Of a stretch of 58,678 nt of DNA, positions 36,909 through 47,060 are shown one piece after another (position 1 is the stretch's first letter; each line of letters opens with the position of its first letter). Location of the stretch: positions 1 to 58,678 of IMG/VR virus record IMGVR_UViG_3300045972_000025, one strand, 5' to 3'. A model generated the notes under the pieces. It saw only the letters and a list, made by a program, of their open reading frames with translations. It was not told where the DNA came from and made no database searches. Made by a program: the position numbers and the translations under genes. The DNA comes from a virus (Duplodnaviria; Caudoviricetes).

Positions 36909-39131
36909 ATGGCAAATCCGAGAACACCTAGGAAAACAGCTGCTAAAAGACCAGATCCATTCTCAGCTGGATCATATACATCACAAGACACAGATGGTAC
37001 TATTCATCAGGGATCTGGTGGTTCACGTATAGCTAGTATCAGAAAACAGGCTGTGTTATTCGGTGATGGTGGTCTGGGTACAGCCGATATTGCTGATTCA
37101 CAGAATATTGGGTACTACAACTTTGAATTCCCTGTAGATTCTCTAGAACTACCTCAATCTAGAAAAGAAGAATTAAAGTTCTACAGACTTTCATATGACA
37201 GAGATCCTATAGTATCAAGAGCTATCGATCTTCATACTGAACTACCTATGAGTAAGATGATCCTGGAAAAGCCCAAATCATCTTCAGAAGCTTTTACTGA
37301 TTATATCTATGACTACTACCAGGCACTAGTCTCTGACACAGATCTCTTTGATATGTTACTCCAAGCCACCAAGGAATACTGGTTGATTGGTGAAGCCTTC
37401 TTATACATCGAGGATTCTGAAGACGATGTCCAATTATGTGAAGAAGCCACTAAGCAATTAAAGAACAAGGGTGGAAGAGGAGATAGAGATGAGCGTGGTG
37501 GTGAAGGTAATCTTCATCCTCCAATAGAAACTAAAGTAGAAGATCTTGATATTATTCAATTCATTAATCCAGCTAAATCTTCCAGAGTTAGAGAAGCTAA
37601 GAAGCTTGGATTAGCTAATGAAACTGAGTCATCATTATTAAAACAGATAAGATCTGCTAAGCTAAAGCTCAATACTAAGATAGCTAGTGTCCGTACTAAA
37701 CTAGCTAGTACGAATAAGATTGCATTACCTGGTGACGAGGCTGATAAAGAAGATTCTAATGCCGAAGCTGCTAGAGAGATGCGTTCTCCGTTAGAGATTC
37801 AACAAGAGAAGGATCAGGAACAAGAGCAATCTAAGGGTGATAAGTTAGAGAATTCAACTGGTGATGACTCTGATCTAGAACCTACCCCAGAAGATACAGA
37901 AGATATATCTGATGATAAAGAAGATATTGCTGAGTTACAGAAATTAGTATCTTTGTTAGAAAAGAAGAAGGAACTCTTATCTGAGCTCAAGGAACTGAGA
38001 GAGACTAGAGAACATGAGTATGAATTATTCTCCCATATAGTCAATAAAGATTACAATGGGTGGTCTAAGATCCAGATGATTCCCCCTGATCGAGTTGAGA
38101 TTAGAAGAGATCCTAGATTTGGTGAGGGTCCTATTGTATTCTATGAACCTTCCGAGATTCAGAAGGAAGCTTTCTTAAAAGATCCTAATGTAGATGCTGA
38201 TACTAGAGAAGTCTTAGAGAATGATGGTAAGATCCCCCTCAATCAAGATCCCTTGAAGGGTAGCTTCCTCATTCACTTCGCTAGAAAGAAGGCTCCATAT
38301 GAAGATCATGGACGCTCTATCCTTCAGAGATGTTTAAGGACTGTCATCTATCGAGATAAGCTTCGTCAGGTTCAGACGACCATTGTCAGCAGAAACATGA
38401 CCCCAAAGACACTAGTCGTAGCTCCAGAAATCTCAGCCACAGAAGTAATGGCGTTGAGAGCTCACATTGACGAAGCTAAGTCTGATCCTGATTATACCAT
38501 CGTGGTAAACTATGAGGCCACTTGGAATGAGATTGGTTCCGAGGGACGTATTCTAGCACTAGATTCTGAGTGGCAGCATACTAATGCTGATCTTGCCACT
38601 GGATTAGGATTCTCTCCTGATCTGTTGACTGGAGAGGGATTCTATTCTGGTAATAAGATCCATCTAGAACTATTAAATACTACATATGTTCTTTATCGTG
38701 AGACCATTTCTAATCTTATGGAGAAGGATTTCTTCAAGCCAATCGCTATGAAGAAAGGCTTCTTTGAACTCGATAACTATAACAGACCTCGTTGGATTTA
38801 TCCTAAGATCAACTTCTCTAGACTAGCTCTTAGAGACTCTGGCGATGTGTACGAGATGTTGTTCAATCTCTACTCTAAGGGATCAATTCCTATCGAGATC
38901 ATCTATGAGTTCTTGAATATTGACCCCGAGACATGCCGTAGAAAGTTAGAAGAAGATCTGTTCACTGTTAACGATTCTAAGTTTAACCAGTTATTAGATT
39001 CTATCTATGGTGGTATCACTGATCGTCTAGTAGATGGCACCGACATGATCTCTAAGATTAGTCAAGGTCTGAAATTAGAAGAGCGTAGTACTGATGACGA
39101 AGGTTTAGAAGGTACTGGTGAGGGTGTCTAG
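36909..39131 (+). CDS. Portal protein with large charged insertion
   Basis: YDRDPIVSRAIDLHTELP, EYWLIGEAF, IHFARK...GRSIL and WNEIG motifs typical of large-phage portals. Confidence 0.75.
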   Translation: MANPRTPRKTAAKRPDPFSAGSYTSQDTDGTIHQGSGGSRIASIRKQAVLFGDGGLGTADIADSQNIGYYNFEFPVDSLELPQSRKEELKFYRLSYDRDPIVSRAIDLHTELPMSKMILEKPKSSSEAFTDYIYDYYQALVSDTDLFDMLLQATKEYWLIGEAFLYIEDSEDDVQLCEEATKQLKNKGGRGDRDERGGEGNLHPPIETKVEDLDIIQFINPAKSSRVREAKKLGLANETESSLLKQIRSAKLKLNTKIASVRTKLASTNKIALPGDEADKEDSNAEAAREMRSPLEIQQEKDQEQEQSKGDKLENSTGDDSDLEPTPEDTEDISDDKEDIAELQKLVSLLEKKKELLSELKELRETREHEYELFSHIVNKDYNGWSKIQMIPPDRVEIRRDPRFGEGPIVFYEPSEIQKEAFLKDPNVDADTREVLENDGKIPLNQDPLKGSFLIHFARKKAPYEDHGRSILQRCLRTVIYRDKLRQVQTTIVSRNMTPKTLVVAPEISATEVMALRAHIDEAKSDPDYTIVVNYEATWNEIGSEGRILALDSEWQHTNADLATGLGFSPDLLTGEGFYSGNKIHLELLNTTYVLYRETISNLMEKDFFKPIAMKKGFFELDNYNRPRWIYPKINFSRLALRDSGDVYEMLFNLYSKGSIPIEIIYEFLNIDPETCRRKLEEDLFTVNDSKFNQLLDSIYGGITDRLVDGTDMISKISQGLKLEERSTDDEGLEGTGEGV

Positions 39132-40564
39132 TGTTTAAGATAATAGATGCAGTTAGTTCCCGACTCCCAGATTTAACTGGTAACTCATCTATAGCCAGGA
39201 TAGGGACTGATCTATATACTGTATCTAATGTCCGTGTAGATAATTCAGTAGTAATATACAGATCGATCGATTCTGGTACTACCTGGAATATACTACATAC
39301 TATAACAATCCCTGCTGGAACTAAACGCTTTGATCCTGTACTCGTATCAGATGGTACTAATCTACATTTCTTAGCATCTGTGGCTTCCACCGATATTCAA
39401 CGTTATGACGTAATTAAATATGGGTATGAGATATCAACAGATACTTTAACACCAGTAACTCTCGTTACTGGTAATATGTATCATGGTGGATATGATCTTA
39501 TACTTAGAAATGATGGATTATTACAGATAGCAGTAAGTATCTCTGAACCATTAGTAATGAACCCTAGCATGGTTGATCCTTATTATTGGGGAATCAGTAC
39601 ATGGGTTATGGGGACAGATAATTCTATACAGAATTATGTAGAAGTATTGGGGTTGGGTACAAATGATTTACAACCAAATACTCAGACGATAGGTGGATTA
39701 TCATTATGTAATAATCCAACGAATCCAGAATCTGTAGATATATTCTGGACCCATCATAAACGAACTAGCTTGTTCAAAGATGTTACAGTCTATATCGATA
39801 GTATCTTGACTACAGTATCTGATGGTTCTTCATTCACTTTATCTGATGTTTTCCCTGTTACTCAGTTCCAAGCACGATACACTGAAGATGATCTAACTGC
39901 ATTATCTACTTCCGATACTATCATAATATCTCAATCATATTATACTCAGATCGATGGAAATCTCATCTCATCTAGTATACTAGGGAGATTCTATAATTCT
40001 ATGTGGGATTTTAAAGTCTTACATGGAGATAAAGATGTCTCATGGTGTAACCCAACACCATCTATAAGTATAGCGAATGATATATATTACAGTATATTAG
40101 AATGTACTACTGGAATAAAATTAACCAGAGTAGGATTACTTAGAACATACTATCTTGATCAAGATATGTCCCTATCCTTGATCCCAACCAACACAGTGGT
40201 TAGATTACAGACTCTTAGAGGTAGTAAAGAACTGGCTGATAATTCTTCTGATTGGTACCTACAGGGTGTAGATTCTGATGGAATCAGTCATTTTATGTCG
40301 AGACTTAATCTACCACCCAAGATTCAAGTAACACCATCGTCCTTGATTTTGAAGCGTGGTGTACCGACAACAATAGATGCATCAGGAACTCTAGATCCAG
40401 ATCAGGATCCAATAACATTTAAATGGACATCTGATGATACGACAGGAAAATTCCATATAACTGGTGATGGTCCAATAGTTACTATTCTAGCTGATAAGAG
40501 CATTGGACCAGATCAGAGAACTATAAATATCACCTTGACTGTAAATGATCATCCATTAGACTAA
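39131..40564 (+). CDS. Virion structural protein (BNR/propeller-like N-terminus, PKD/Ig-like C-terminus)
   Basis: YRSIDSGTTW (Asp-box); NLPP...IDASGTLDPDQDPITFKW...LTVND. Confidence 0.6.
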   Translation: MFKIIDAVSSRLPDLTGNSSIARIGTDLYTVSNVRVDNSVVIYRSIDSGTTWNILHTITIPAGTKRFDPVLVSDGTNLHFLASVASTDIQRYDVIKYGYEISTDTLTPVTLVTGNMYHGGYDLILRNDGLLQIAVSISEPLVMNPSMVDPYYWGISTWVMGTDNSIQNYVEVLGLGTNDLQPNTQTIGGLSLCNNPTNPESVDIFWTHHKRTSLFKDVTVYIDSILTTVSDGSSFTLSDVFPVTQFQARYTEDDLTALSTSDTIIISQSYYTQIDGNLISSSILGRFYNSMWDFKVLHGDKDVSWCNPTPSISIANDIYYSILECTTGIKLTRVGLLRTYYLDQDMSLSLIPTNTVVRLQTLRGSKELADNSSDWYLQGVDSDGISHFMSRLNLPPKIQVTPSSLILKRGVPTTIDASGTLDPDQDPITFKWTSDDTTGKFHITGDGPIVTILADKSIGPDQRTINITLTVNDHPLD

Positions 40565-40575
40565 TTCTAATAATC

Positions 40576-40597
40576 GGTTCCTACCCCTTAATTGATG
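40576..40597 (+). promoter_or_regulatory. Putative late promoter
   Basis: ggttc-ctacccc-ttaattgatg. Confidence 0.5.
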
Positions 40598-40618
40598 TAT
40601 ATCTTTTAAGGACTGGAA

Positions 40619-41014
40619 ATGAGTTCGATTAATTCAACAATCATAAATACATTATTAGATACATATGGTGCGTTATTTAATAGTGGAACTCTGAAAATAT
40701 ATGCTGGTGCTGTTCCAGCTGATGCTAATACTGCCCAAGTGTCTCCAACACTGCTCGGAACTTTAACCTTCGGGTCTACTGCTTTCGCTACTGCAGCTGG
40801 AAGATCTATAACAGCTAATCCTATTACCCAGGATACAGCAGCTGATGCTACTGGCACAGCATCATATTATAGAGCATTCAAATCCGATGCTACCACAGTT
40901 ATTGAACAAGGAACATGTGGTGTTACTGGATCTGGTGCTGACTTAATAATGAATACAACCAGTGTAGTAGTTGGAGGCCCAATAGTAGCTACTTCATTCG
41001 TTAAGAATCAGTAG
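40619..41014 (+). CDS. Virion structural protein (tail-associated)
   Basis: GTLKIYAGAVPADA...ADATGTASYYR...QGTCG pattern common in phage tail modules. Confidence 0.65.
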   Translation: MSSINSTIINTLLDTYGALFNSGTLKIYAGAVPADANTAQVSPTLLGTLTFGSTAFATAAGRSITANPITQDTAADATGTASYYRAFKSDATTVIEQGTCGVTGSGADLIMNTTSVVVGGPIVATSFVKNQ

Positions 41015-41024
41015 AGAGTAACCA

Positions 41025-41642
41025 ATGACTCAGATATTCGCTAACAATGCAAAGACCACTCTGGCAGCTGCAGTAACTACGACAGGCCAGACATCTATTA
41101 CACTAACTACTGGTAAAGGCGCATTGTTCCCTAATCCAACAGCACCAGATTATTTTATGGTGACTCTAGATGATGGTACAAACGTAGAAATATGTAAGTG
41201 TACTGCCAGAGCTACTGATGTGCTAACTATCGCTAGAGCTCAAGAGAGTACTACAGCCCAGGCTTCGTTCGCTATCGGTACTAACGTAGAAGCTAGATTG
41301 ACTTCTGCTAGTGTTACGAACTTGGTTAAATCTCCTGTGATACAGGCTGTGGCATCTCCTGCTACTATTACACCTGATGCTGCTAATGATGCTGTATTGG
41401 TATCTGCTCTCGCTAATGCCCTAACAATAGCTAACCCAACTGGTACATGGTTTAATTTCCAGAAATTAACTATTAGAATCAAGGACAATGGTACAGCTCG
41501 CGCCCTATCCTTCGGTGCTAACTATCGTGCCGTTGGTCTGACTCTCCCAACAACTACTGTCATAAACAAGAATATGTACATTGGTATAATCTACAATCTC
41601 AACGATAGTAAGTGGGATGTAGTTTCAATCGCTCAGGAATAA
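41025..41642 (+). CDS. Tail fibre-like protein
   Basis: FANNAKTTL...VEICKCTAR..DVLTIARAQESTTA; C-terminal GTARALSFG...YNLNDSKWDVV. Confidence 0.6.
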   Translation: MTQIFANNAKTTLAAAVTTTGQTSITLTTGKGALFPNPTAPDYFMVTLDDGTNVEICKCTARATDVLTIARAQESTTAQASFAIGTNVEARLTSASVTNLVKSPVIQAVASPATITPDAANDAVLVSALANALTIANPTGTWFNFQKLTIRIKDNGTARALSFGANYRAVGLTLPTTTVINKNMYIGIIYNLNDSKWDVVSIAQE

Positions 41643-41651
41643 GGAACCTAT

Positions 41652-42236
41652 ATGACAATCATTACTCCAGTAACTCCAACTACCCCAATAGTACCTACAT
41701 TCGTAGAACGTCGTACATATGACCTGAGACTCATTAGTGAGCGAGGTGGTCAGAATTTCATAGTAGCTCAGAGAGAAGAGTATGATCTCGATGCTGGTAA
41801 GAATCCTATCGGAGAACCTAGAAAGAACTGGCAGGTCCGTAAGGATCTTAGTGAACAGTTCCTCACAGATAATCCTGATGTCGCAACTCTTATTCAAACC
41901 ATTCTAGACAAAGTCGATGCTTGGGAAGCTGCTCAAGTTGGTCCTCAGACTGAAGTAGTCCTTACTGTTGAGCAACGAATCGCTGTCTTGGTCGCAGCAG
42001 TTCAGAAGAAGATGGATGAGACTGCAAAGACAAGAAATTATGATGGTATCCTATCATTATGTAGTTATGCTTCATCTACCAACACTAAGTTCGCAACTGA
42101 AGCCCTAGCTGGTATGTCATGGAGAGATGCGTGCTGGGATTACTGTTACACCTTGTTAGCCAGTGTTCAAGCGGGTACAGCTCAAGAACCTAGTGTTCAG
42201 GAACTATTAGCTGGGTTACCTACTATAAGCTGGTAA
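41652..42236 (+). CDS. Tail fibre assembly-like protein
   Basis: C-terminal AVQKKMDETAKTRNYDGILSLCSY...WRDACW...ELLAGLPTISW. Confidence 0.6.
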   Translation: MTIITPVTPTTPIVPTFVERRTYDLRLISERGGQNFIVAQREEYDLDAGKNPIGEPRKNWQVRKDLSEQFLTDNPDVATLIQTILDKVDAWEAAQVGPQTEVVLTVEQRIAVLVAAVQKKMDETAKTRNYDGILSLCSYASSTNTKFATEALAGMSWRDACWDYCYTLLASVQAGTAQEPSVQELLAGLPTISW

Positions 42237-42245
42237 GGATAACAG

Positions 42246-44909
42246 ATGTTATTAAATGCTGGACCCCTTAATGGAGCAGCCCTAGATGGGTCTAGCATAA
42301 GCTCCTTTTCGGTGGCATCTAATACTTTCATGCCTACTATCACTGGGAGCTTAACCAGTGTTACGAATCAAATATGTAATGGGGCTGGGACATCTTTCAC
42401 TCTAGCAGATGGCGGGACTAATCTATCTGTCCCCACTATCATACTGACTTCCCTTAGTAGAACTGATTGGCAGGGAACAACAACTCTGTCTTCAGTTCCT
42501 AGGACTAATTTAATATCTCATACTGAGATCCCAGCAACTGGTAGTACTTGGTCTTTTTCTCAAGGAGCAGGAGCTGTTAGTGTTTCTACTGGGCCAGATG
42601 GAACAGCTTGTGCTCAAATCAACTGGACTGCTGTAGGACAAGATGTAGCGTCTAGTACATTCGCTCAAGTAGCAGGGCAGACATACACTGGTGTTATCTG
42701 GATTAATCCATCTGTTGATCTTACTAGTGGCTATGTATGGGTCGTCGGTAACATTGTTAAGACTATTGATTCTGGTGCTAATAAGATACCAGCTAATACC
42801 TGGACTAAAATACAATATTCTGCCGTTGCTTCTGTTAGTACTACTGCATATGGTATAATGATTCGTTCAGGAGTGTATCCCTGTTCAATCAAGTTAGCTG
42901 CTCCTGCATGTTACCTAGGTAGTTCTGCTGGTATATTTATTCCAAATACGACAGGTTCCCCATTAGCTTCAACTGATTATACCATATCTGGGAATACTGT
43001 TACACTAGCTCAATCTACTTCAGCTGGTAACATAAAATGGACAGGAACTTACTCTCCATATTCAGGTGTAGCCGCTGTAGGTGAATCAGTAGCATCAAAC
43101 ACTAATATGCCTGTAATCAGTACTGTAGCTAGTTTCGTACATGCTATTGGTGTCACATATAATTCAGCAATGCCTCCTATAACAGGTACAGGATACTTAG
43201 CCTATGGTGAGGGTGGTTCCGATACTAGAACTATAACAGTGACTCTGGAGTTCAATCATGCTCCTACCATTGATATGCCAGTACTCTATCAAGCGACAAG
43301 AAATGAGGAATACTGGATAAGGCCTACTGTAGTTGATTTAGATAATGATGATCTAATATATCAATGGACTCAGATATCTGGATCAACAGCGAGAACTTCG
43401 AATCCTGCTTTGAAGGATCTGCTAGTAAAACTCCATAATCTAAATCCAGCTGGTGAAGATCTAGTATTCTCTTTGACTGTTACGGATTCTATCAATACAC
43501 CAATAACATCTCTCATAACCATCAAAGTACCTGCTTTAGCTACATCGTTAAAAGATACTTCTTTGATTAAGACTACTGGTCCTAAATCTAATAGGATAGC
43601 TCTTAGAAACACTCCATCTGTATGGAATCCAGTCTATAATCTGAACCCAACATCATATTCTGATGCTTTTAATTTCAAGACACAAAATACAGAATCTGGG
43701 ATTAGAAAAATCTATATCAGTGACAAATCATCTCTTATAACAGATGATATAAAGAACGGAACACCTGGATATTATAAGAGAAGAATAACATATAAGGGTA
43801 AGGTCTTAGATTCCATCCACACAGAAGACGATAGTACATATCTCTTAGTAAAAGACGGGGATACCTTATCATTATTACACTATATGTCATCAGGATACCA
43901 GGGAATATCTGATTATCCTGATACTGAACTGAATATCAGTAGTATAGTAAATGAAACATTCTCTGGATTACACTTCACAGCTCCAGCCGATGGATATAGA
44001 GTAATTTCATTATATGGTGCTTCTGGTGTTCTGATTATTCAGTGTAATACACAGGATGTATCTGATGTAAGACAGAACATGTATGTCGCTACTGAGACTA
44101 ATCTATTGATTGGTTCTGATTCAGTTACATTCATCAGAGATATGGATGTTCTAAATCCAGGTACTGGTCAATACCTTATCGGAACACAAGATCAGGCTGG
44201 TAATTCATATGAAGTCTTATTAGACCTTCAATCCCGTAGAATTATAAATACATGGGATAGGGGTAACACCATATCATCTGATATCACAAGTGGTGAATTT
44301 TTATTCAAGAAACACTTGCTACCCCTCATAAAGCCTGTAGCACCTTATCTAACAGCTACAATAGAGGGTAACGATATCAATCTGGAATGGACACAAGAAC
44401 GATATCAAGATGTGAAATACTATGATATCTACATGTGTATGAATGATGGTGAATACACTCGTGTTAAGCGTATAGATTCAGGATACATATTATCTACTGT
44501 ACTATCTGGATATGATTTAGATGGTAATATTATCGATATAAAGATGGTATCTGGTACTGATTATGCTGTCAGTGACTTCAGTAATGTAGTAGAGTTTATT
44601 GGATACGATGTAGATCCCAGATGGAGTATAGGAACTTGGAGTTATGCACCATATGAACTCGGTGACATTAACGGTACATACGTAGGTCTGGCTTTCGATG
44701 TATTCATGATAAGCTATGGATTCGGTATCCTACAATTTGGATTAGATCCTTGGGGAGTACCTGGTTATGAAACCAATCCTATTATAGATGGATGGGGCCA
44801 AGAACCATGGTATGGAGATTTCTGGGGTGCTGTCGGTTTCGAAACTACACCATGCTATGGTTATGGTAAAGAACCCTATGGTGATGATGTGTATGATGAG
44901 ATCGGCTAG
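42246..44909 (+). CDS. Large tail/receptor-binding hub protein (CBM-like, PKD-like and FN3-like domains)
   Basis: RTNL...CBM-like segment; NHAP...DLDNDDLIYQWTQISG (PKD); INLEW...YYDIY...SDFSN (FN3); aromatic Gly repeats at the C-terminus. Confidence 0.55.
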   Translation: MLLNAGPLNGAALDGSSISSFSVASNTFMPTITGSLTSVTNQICNGAGTSFTLADGGTNLSVPTIILTSLSRTDWQGTTTLSSVPRTNLISHTEIPATGSTWSFSQGAGAVSVSTGPDGTACAQINWTAVGQDVASSTFAQVAGQTYTGVIWINPSVDLTSGYVWVVGNIVKTIDSGANKIPANTWTKIQYSAVASVSTTAYGIMIRSGVYPCSIKLAAPACYLGSSAGIFIPNTTGSPLASTDYTISGNTVTLAQSTSAGNIKWTGTYSPYSGVAAVGESVASNTNMPVISTVASFVHAIGVTYNSAMPPITGTGYLAYGEGGSDTRTITVTLEFNHAPTIDMPVLYQATRNEEYWIRPTVVDLDNDDLIYQWTQISGSTARTSNPALKDLLVKLHNLNPAGEDLVFSLTVTDSINTPITSLITIKVPALATSLKDTSLIKTTGPKSNRIALRNTPSVWNPVYNLNPTSYSDAFNFKTQNTESGIRKIYISDKSSLITDDIKNGTPGYYKRRITYKGKVLDSIHTEDDSTYLLVKDGDTLSLLHYMSSGYQGISDYPDTELNISSIVNETFSGLHFTAPADGYRVISLYGASGVLIIQCNTQDVSDVRQNMYVATETNLLIGSDSVTFIRDMDVLNPGTGQYLIGTQDQAGNSYEVLLDLQSRRIINTWDRGNTISSDITSGEFLFKKHLLPLIKPVAPYLTATIEGNDINLEWTQERYQDVKYYDIYMCMNDGEYTRVKRIDSGYILSTVLSGYDLDGNIIDIKMVSGTDYAVSDFSNVVEFIGYDVDPRWSIGTWSYAPYELGDINGTYVGLAFDVFMISYGFGILQFGLDPWGVPGYETNPIIDGWGQEPWYGDFWGAVGFETTPCYGYGKEPYGDDVYDEIG

Positions 44910-44918
44910 TTAAAAGAA

Positions 44919-44940
44919 ACTTCTGTTCCCTTATATGATG
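44919..44940 (+). promoter_or_regulatory. Putative late promoter
   Basis: acttc-tgttccc-ttatatgatg. Confidence 0.55.
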
Positions 44941-44960
44941 CTAGAATATAAGGGAACCTA

Positions 44961-47051
44961 ATGGCTACGACTCCTAATTATAATTTTTATCTACCTGAAG
45001 TAGGGGATGGCTCAGTAAATTCTAGACCTTGGGGTCTACAGGTAAATGCTAATTTTACTAATATAGATGCTACTTTAAAGAGTCTAGCAGATGCTAATCA
45101 ACAGGAATCTGTACTTAATTTTCCTGGATGCGATCCTACTGGTGTTACAGATTCTTCTGCTGCTTTCAATGCAGCTATCCGAGCCAGTAAACGAGTATAT
45201 GTACCTTCTGGTATCTATATTCTGGATAATGTGGATCTGGCCAATGGTACTGAGCTCTATGGTGATGGTCCTACTTCTATTCTAAGACAGCCATCTACTG
45301 GTAATGGACGAATGATTAATGCTAATAGAAACAGTGGTGGTTCTTCTGATCCATCTACTAATCTAAAAGGCATCCATATTCATGATCTAAGAATGGAAGG
45401 TCGTGTAGCTACTTTAGGATTCTTCGAGCAATCATCTCTAGTATATGTCTCAGCTGTTTCATCTTTAATGATAGAACGCTGCACCTTCTATGCATGGCAA
45501 GGTGATGCTGTTACAATAGCCTCTGGTGACATCGATGGTCTGGAACGACACAATGAACATGTGACTGTAAGAGATTGCTTCTTTGATGGTTATAACAAAG
45601 ATAACAGACAGGGTATATCGATCTTAGATTGTAATGGCCTGTTGATTGAGAACTGCTCATTCGTTAACTGTACTCGTTCTAATATGCCTGGTGCTATTGA
45701 CTTCGAACCTAATGCATCTCAGTTAGCATATGGTGTAGCTAAGAATGTTACCATTAGAAAATGTAGATTCAAGAACATTGGTGGTAACGTAGGTACCATA
45801 GGCTTCATGTTATCTGGTGATCGTGGTACTAAGTGCCAGAATTTCTTGATTGAAGATTGTCAGATGGATACAATTGTGTATGGTATTGCTTTCCTAGCCC
45901 CTACATATACTGGTCTAAATAAATATAATCATAATGTAGTCGTTCGTGACGTTACTATAGTAAATGCCTCTGGTGGATTCTCTACCAATTTCGATAGTGT
46001 AAATAAAGGTCTGTTCGAGAATTTCTCTGTCACTGATTCATCTGTAACAGCTGGTAGATTCAATGCATGTAGTAACTTCGTCTTCAATTCTTGTTCATGG
46101 ACCAGAGACGTCATTGATGGGAATGGCTCAGTACAATTAGCTGATCTTAATTATAATTTTAGATTCAACGATTGCCGTTGGGAAGATTGTGGTGCTGCTG
46201 GTGGTGGCTTCGGTGTATTCTGTGTCAACAACCTGACCACTGAGACATCAGTCGCTATATCATTCGTTAACTGTAGATTTACATCTCCTCTTGGTAAGAT
46301 GTTGTATGCTATCTATGGTCCTGGTCATAGATTTGTAGCAGCTACCAATAAATTCATTGGTTGTACAGTTGATCCAGTACTTGGGAATAGTTTTGTGGCT
46401 GAAGAGACAGATACTTTATCTAATCTGTATACACCTGTGGCTACTGGTGTCACCACGGCTGGAACTCCAACATATACTACACAGTATGGGGAGTATAGAA
46501 GAGTTGGGAAGACTGTATTCTTTAGATCGCAGATTGAAACCAGTAACAGTACTGGTATGGCTGGCAACCTACAGATATCATTACCAACTGACGCTGATCA
46601 GATAGCAGGACAACCAGTGGCTTCTTTATACCCTGTATCGACTGTTGTAGATGGTGTAGCTTCTACTGGTGGTCAATTCGGTGCAATCAATCCTCTGGCT
46701 GTGTCTGGTGGTCATACTGGATCCATAAGAATGTTTATGACTGGTACTGGAGTAGCGAGTCAGATAACAACTCCAGCTGGTGCCTTCAAGGTGTATTCAA
46801 CTGGTGTATATACTGGTAGACTTCAAACTACTGCATTCCGTGGATCAATATCAGGAACTACTCTAACACTATCTTCTGATGCATATGGTGGATTGTTTGC
46901 TCTTAATCAGACTCTTGGTGGTTTCACAGGTTGTATAGTACCCACTACTATTACCACTAAGTTGTCTGGTACATTAGGTAAGGCTGGTTCAACATATACT
47001 GTATCTCAGACATATGGTACAATAGCAAACACTCAGATCTTATCATTCTAA
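44961..47051 (+). CDS. Tailspike 1 (right-handed beta-helix depolymerase)
   Basis: GCDPTGVTDSSAAFNAAI...VYVPSGIY (pectate-lyase-like start), RQGISI, IDFEPN. Confidence 0.8.
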   Translation: MATTPNYNFYLPEVGDGSVNSRPWGLQVNANFTNIDATLKSLADANQQESVLNFPGCDPTGVTDSSAAFNAAIRASKRVYVPSGIYILDNVDLANGTELYGDGPTSILRQPSTGNGRMINANRNSGGSSDPSTNLKGIHIHDLRMEGRVATLGFFEQSSLVYVSAVSSLMIERCTFYAWQGDAVTIASGDIDGLERHNEHVTVRDCFFDGYNKDNRQGISILDCNGLLIENCSFVNCTRSNMPGAIDFEPNASQLAYGVAKNVTIRKCRFKNIGGNVGTIGFMLSGDRGTKCQNFLIEDCQMDTIVYGIAFLAPTYTGLNKYNHNVVVRDVTIVNASGGFSTNFDSVNKGLFENFSVTDSSVTAGRFNACSNFVFNSCSWTRDVIDGNGSVQLADLNYNFRFNDCRWEDCGAAGGGFGVFCVNNLTTETSVAISFVNCRFTSPLGKMLYAIYGPGHRFVAATNKFIGCTVDPVLGNSFVAEETDTLSNLYTPVATGVTTAGTPTYTTQYGEYRRVGKTVFFRSQIETSNSTGMAGNLQISLPTDADQIAGQPVASLYPVSTVVDGVASTGGQFGAINPLAVSGGHTGSIRMFMTGTGVASQITTPAGAFKVYSTGVYTGRLQTTAFRGSISGTTLTLSSDAYGGLFALNQTLGGFTGCIVPTTITTKLSGTLGKAGSTYTVSQTYGTIANTQILSF

Positions 47052-47060
47052 AGGAACGTC

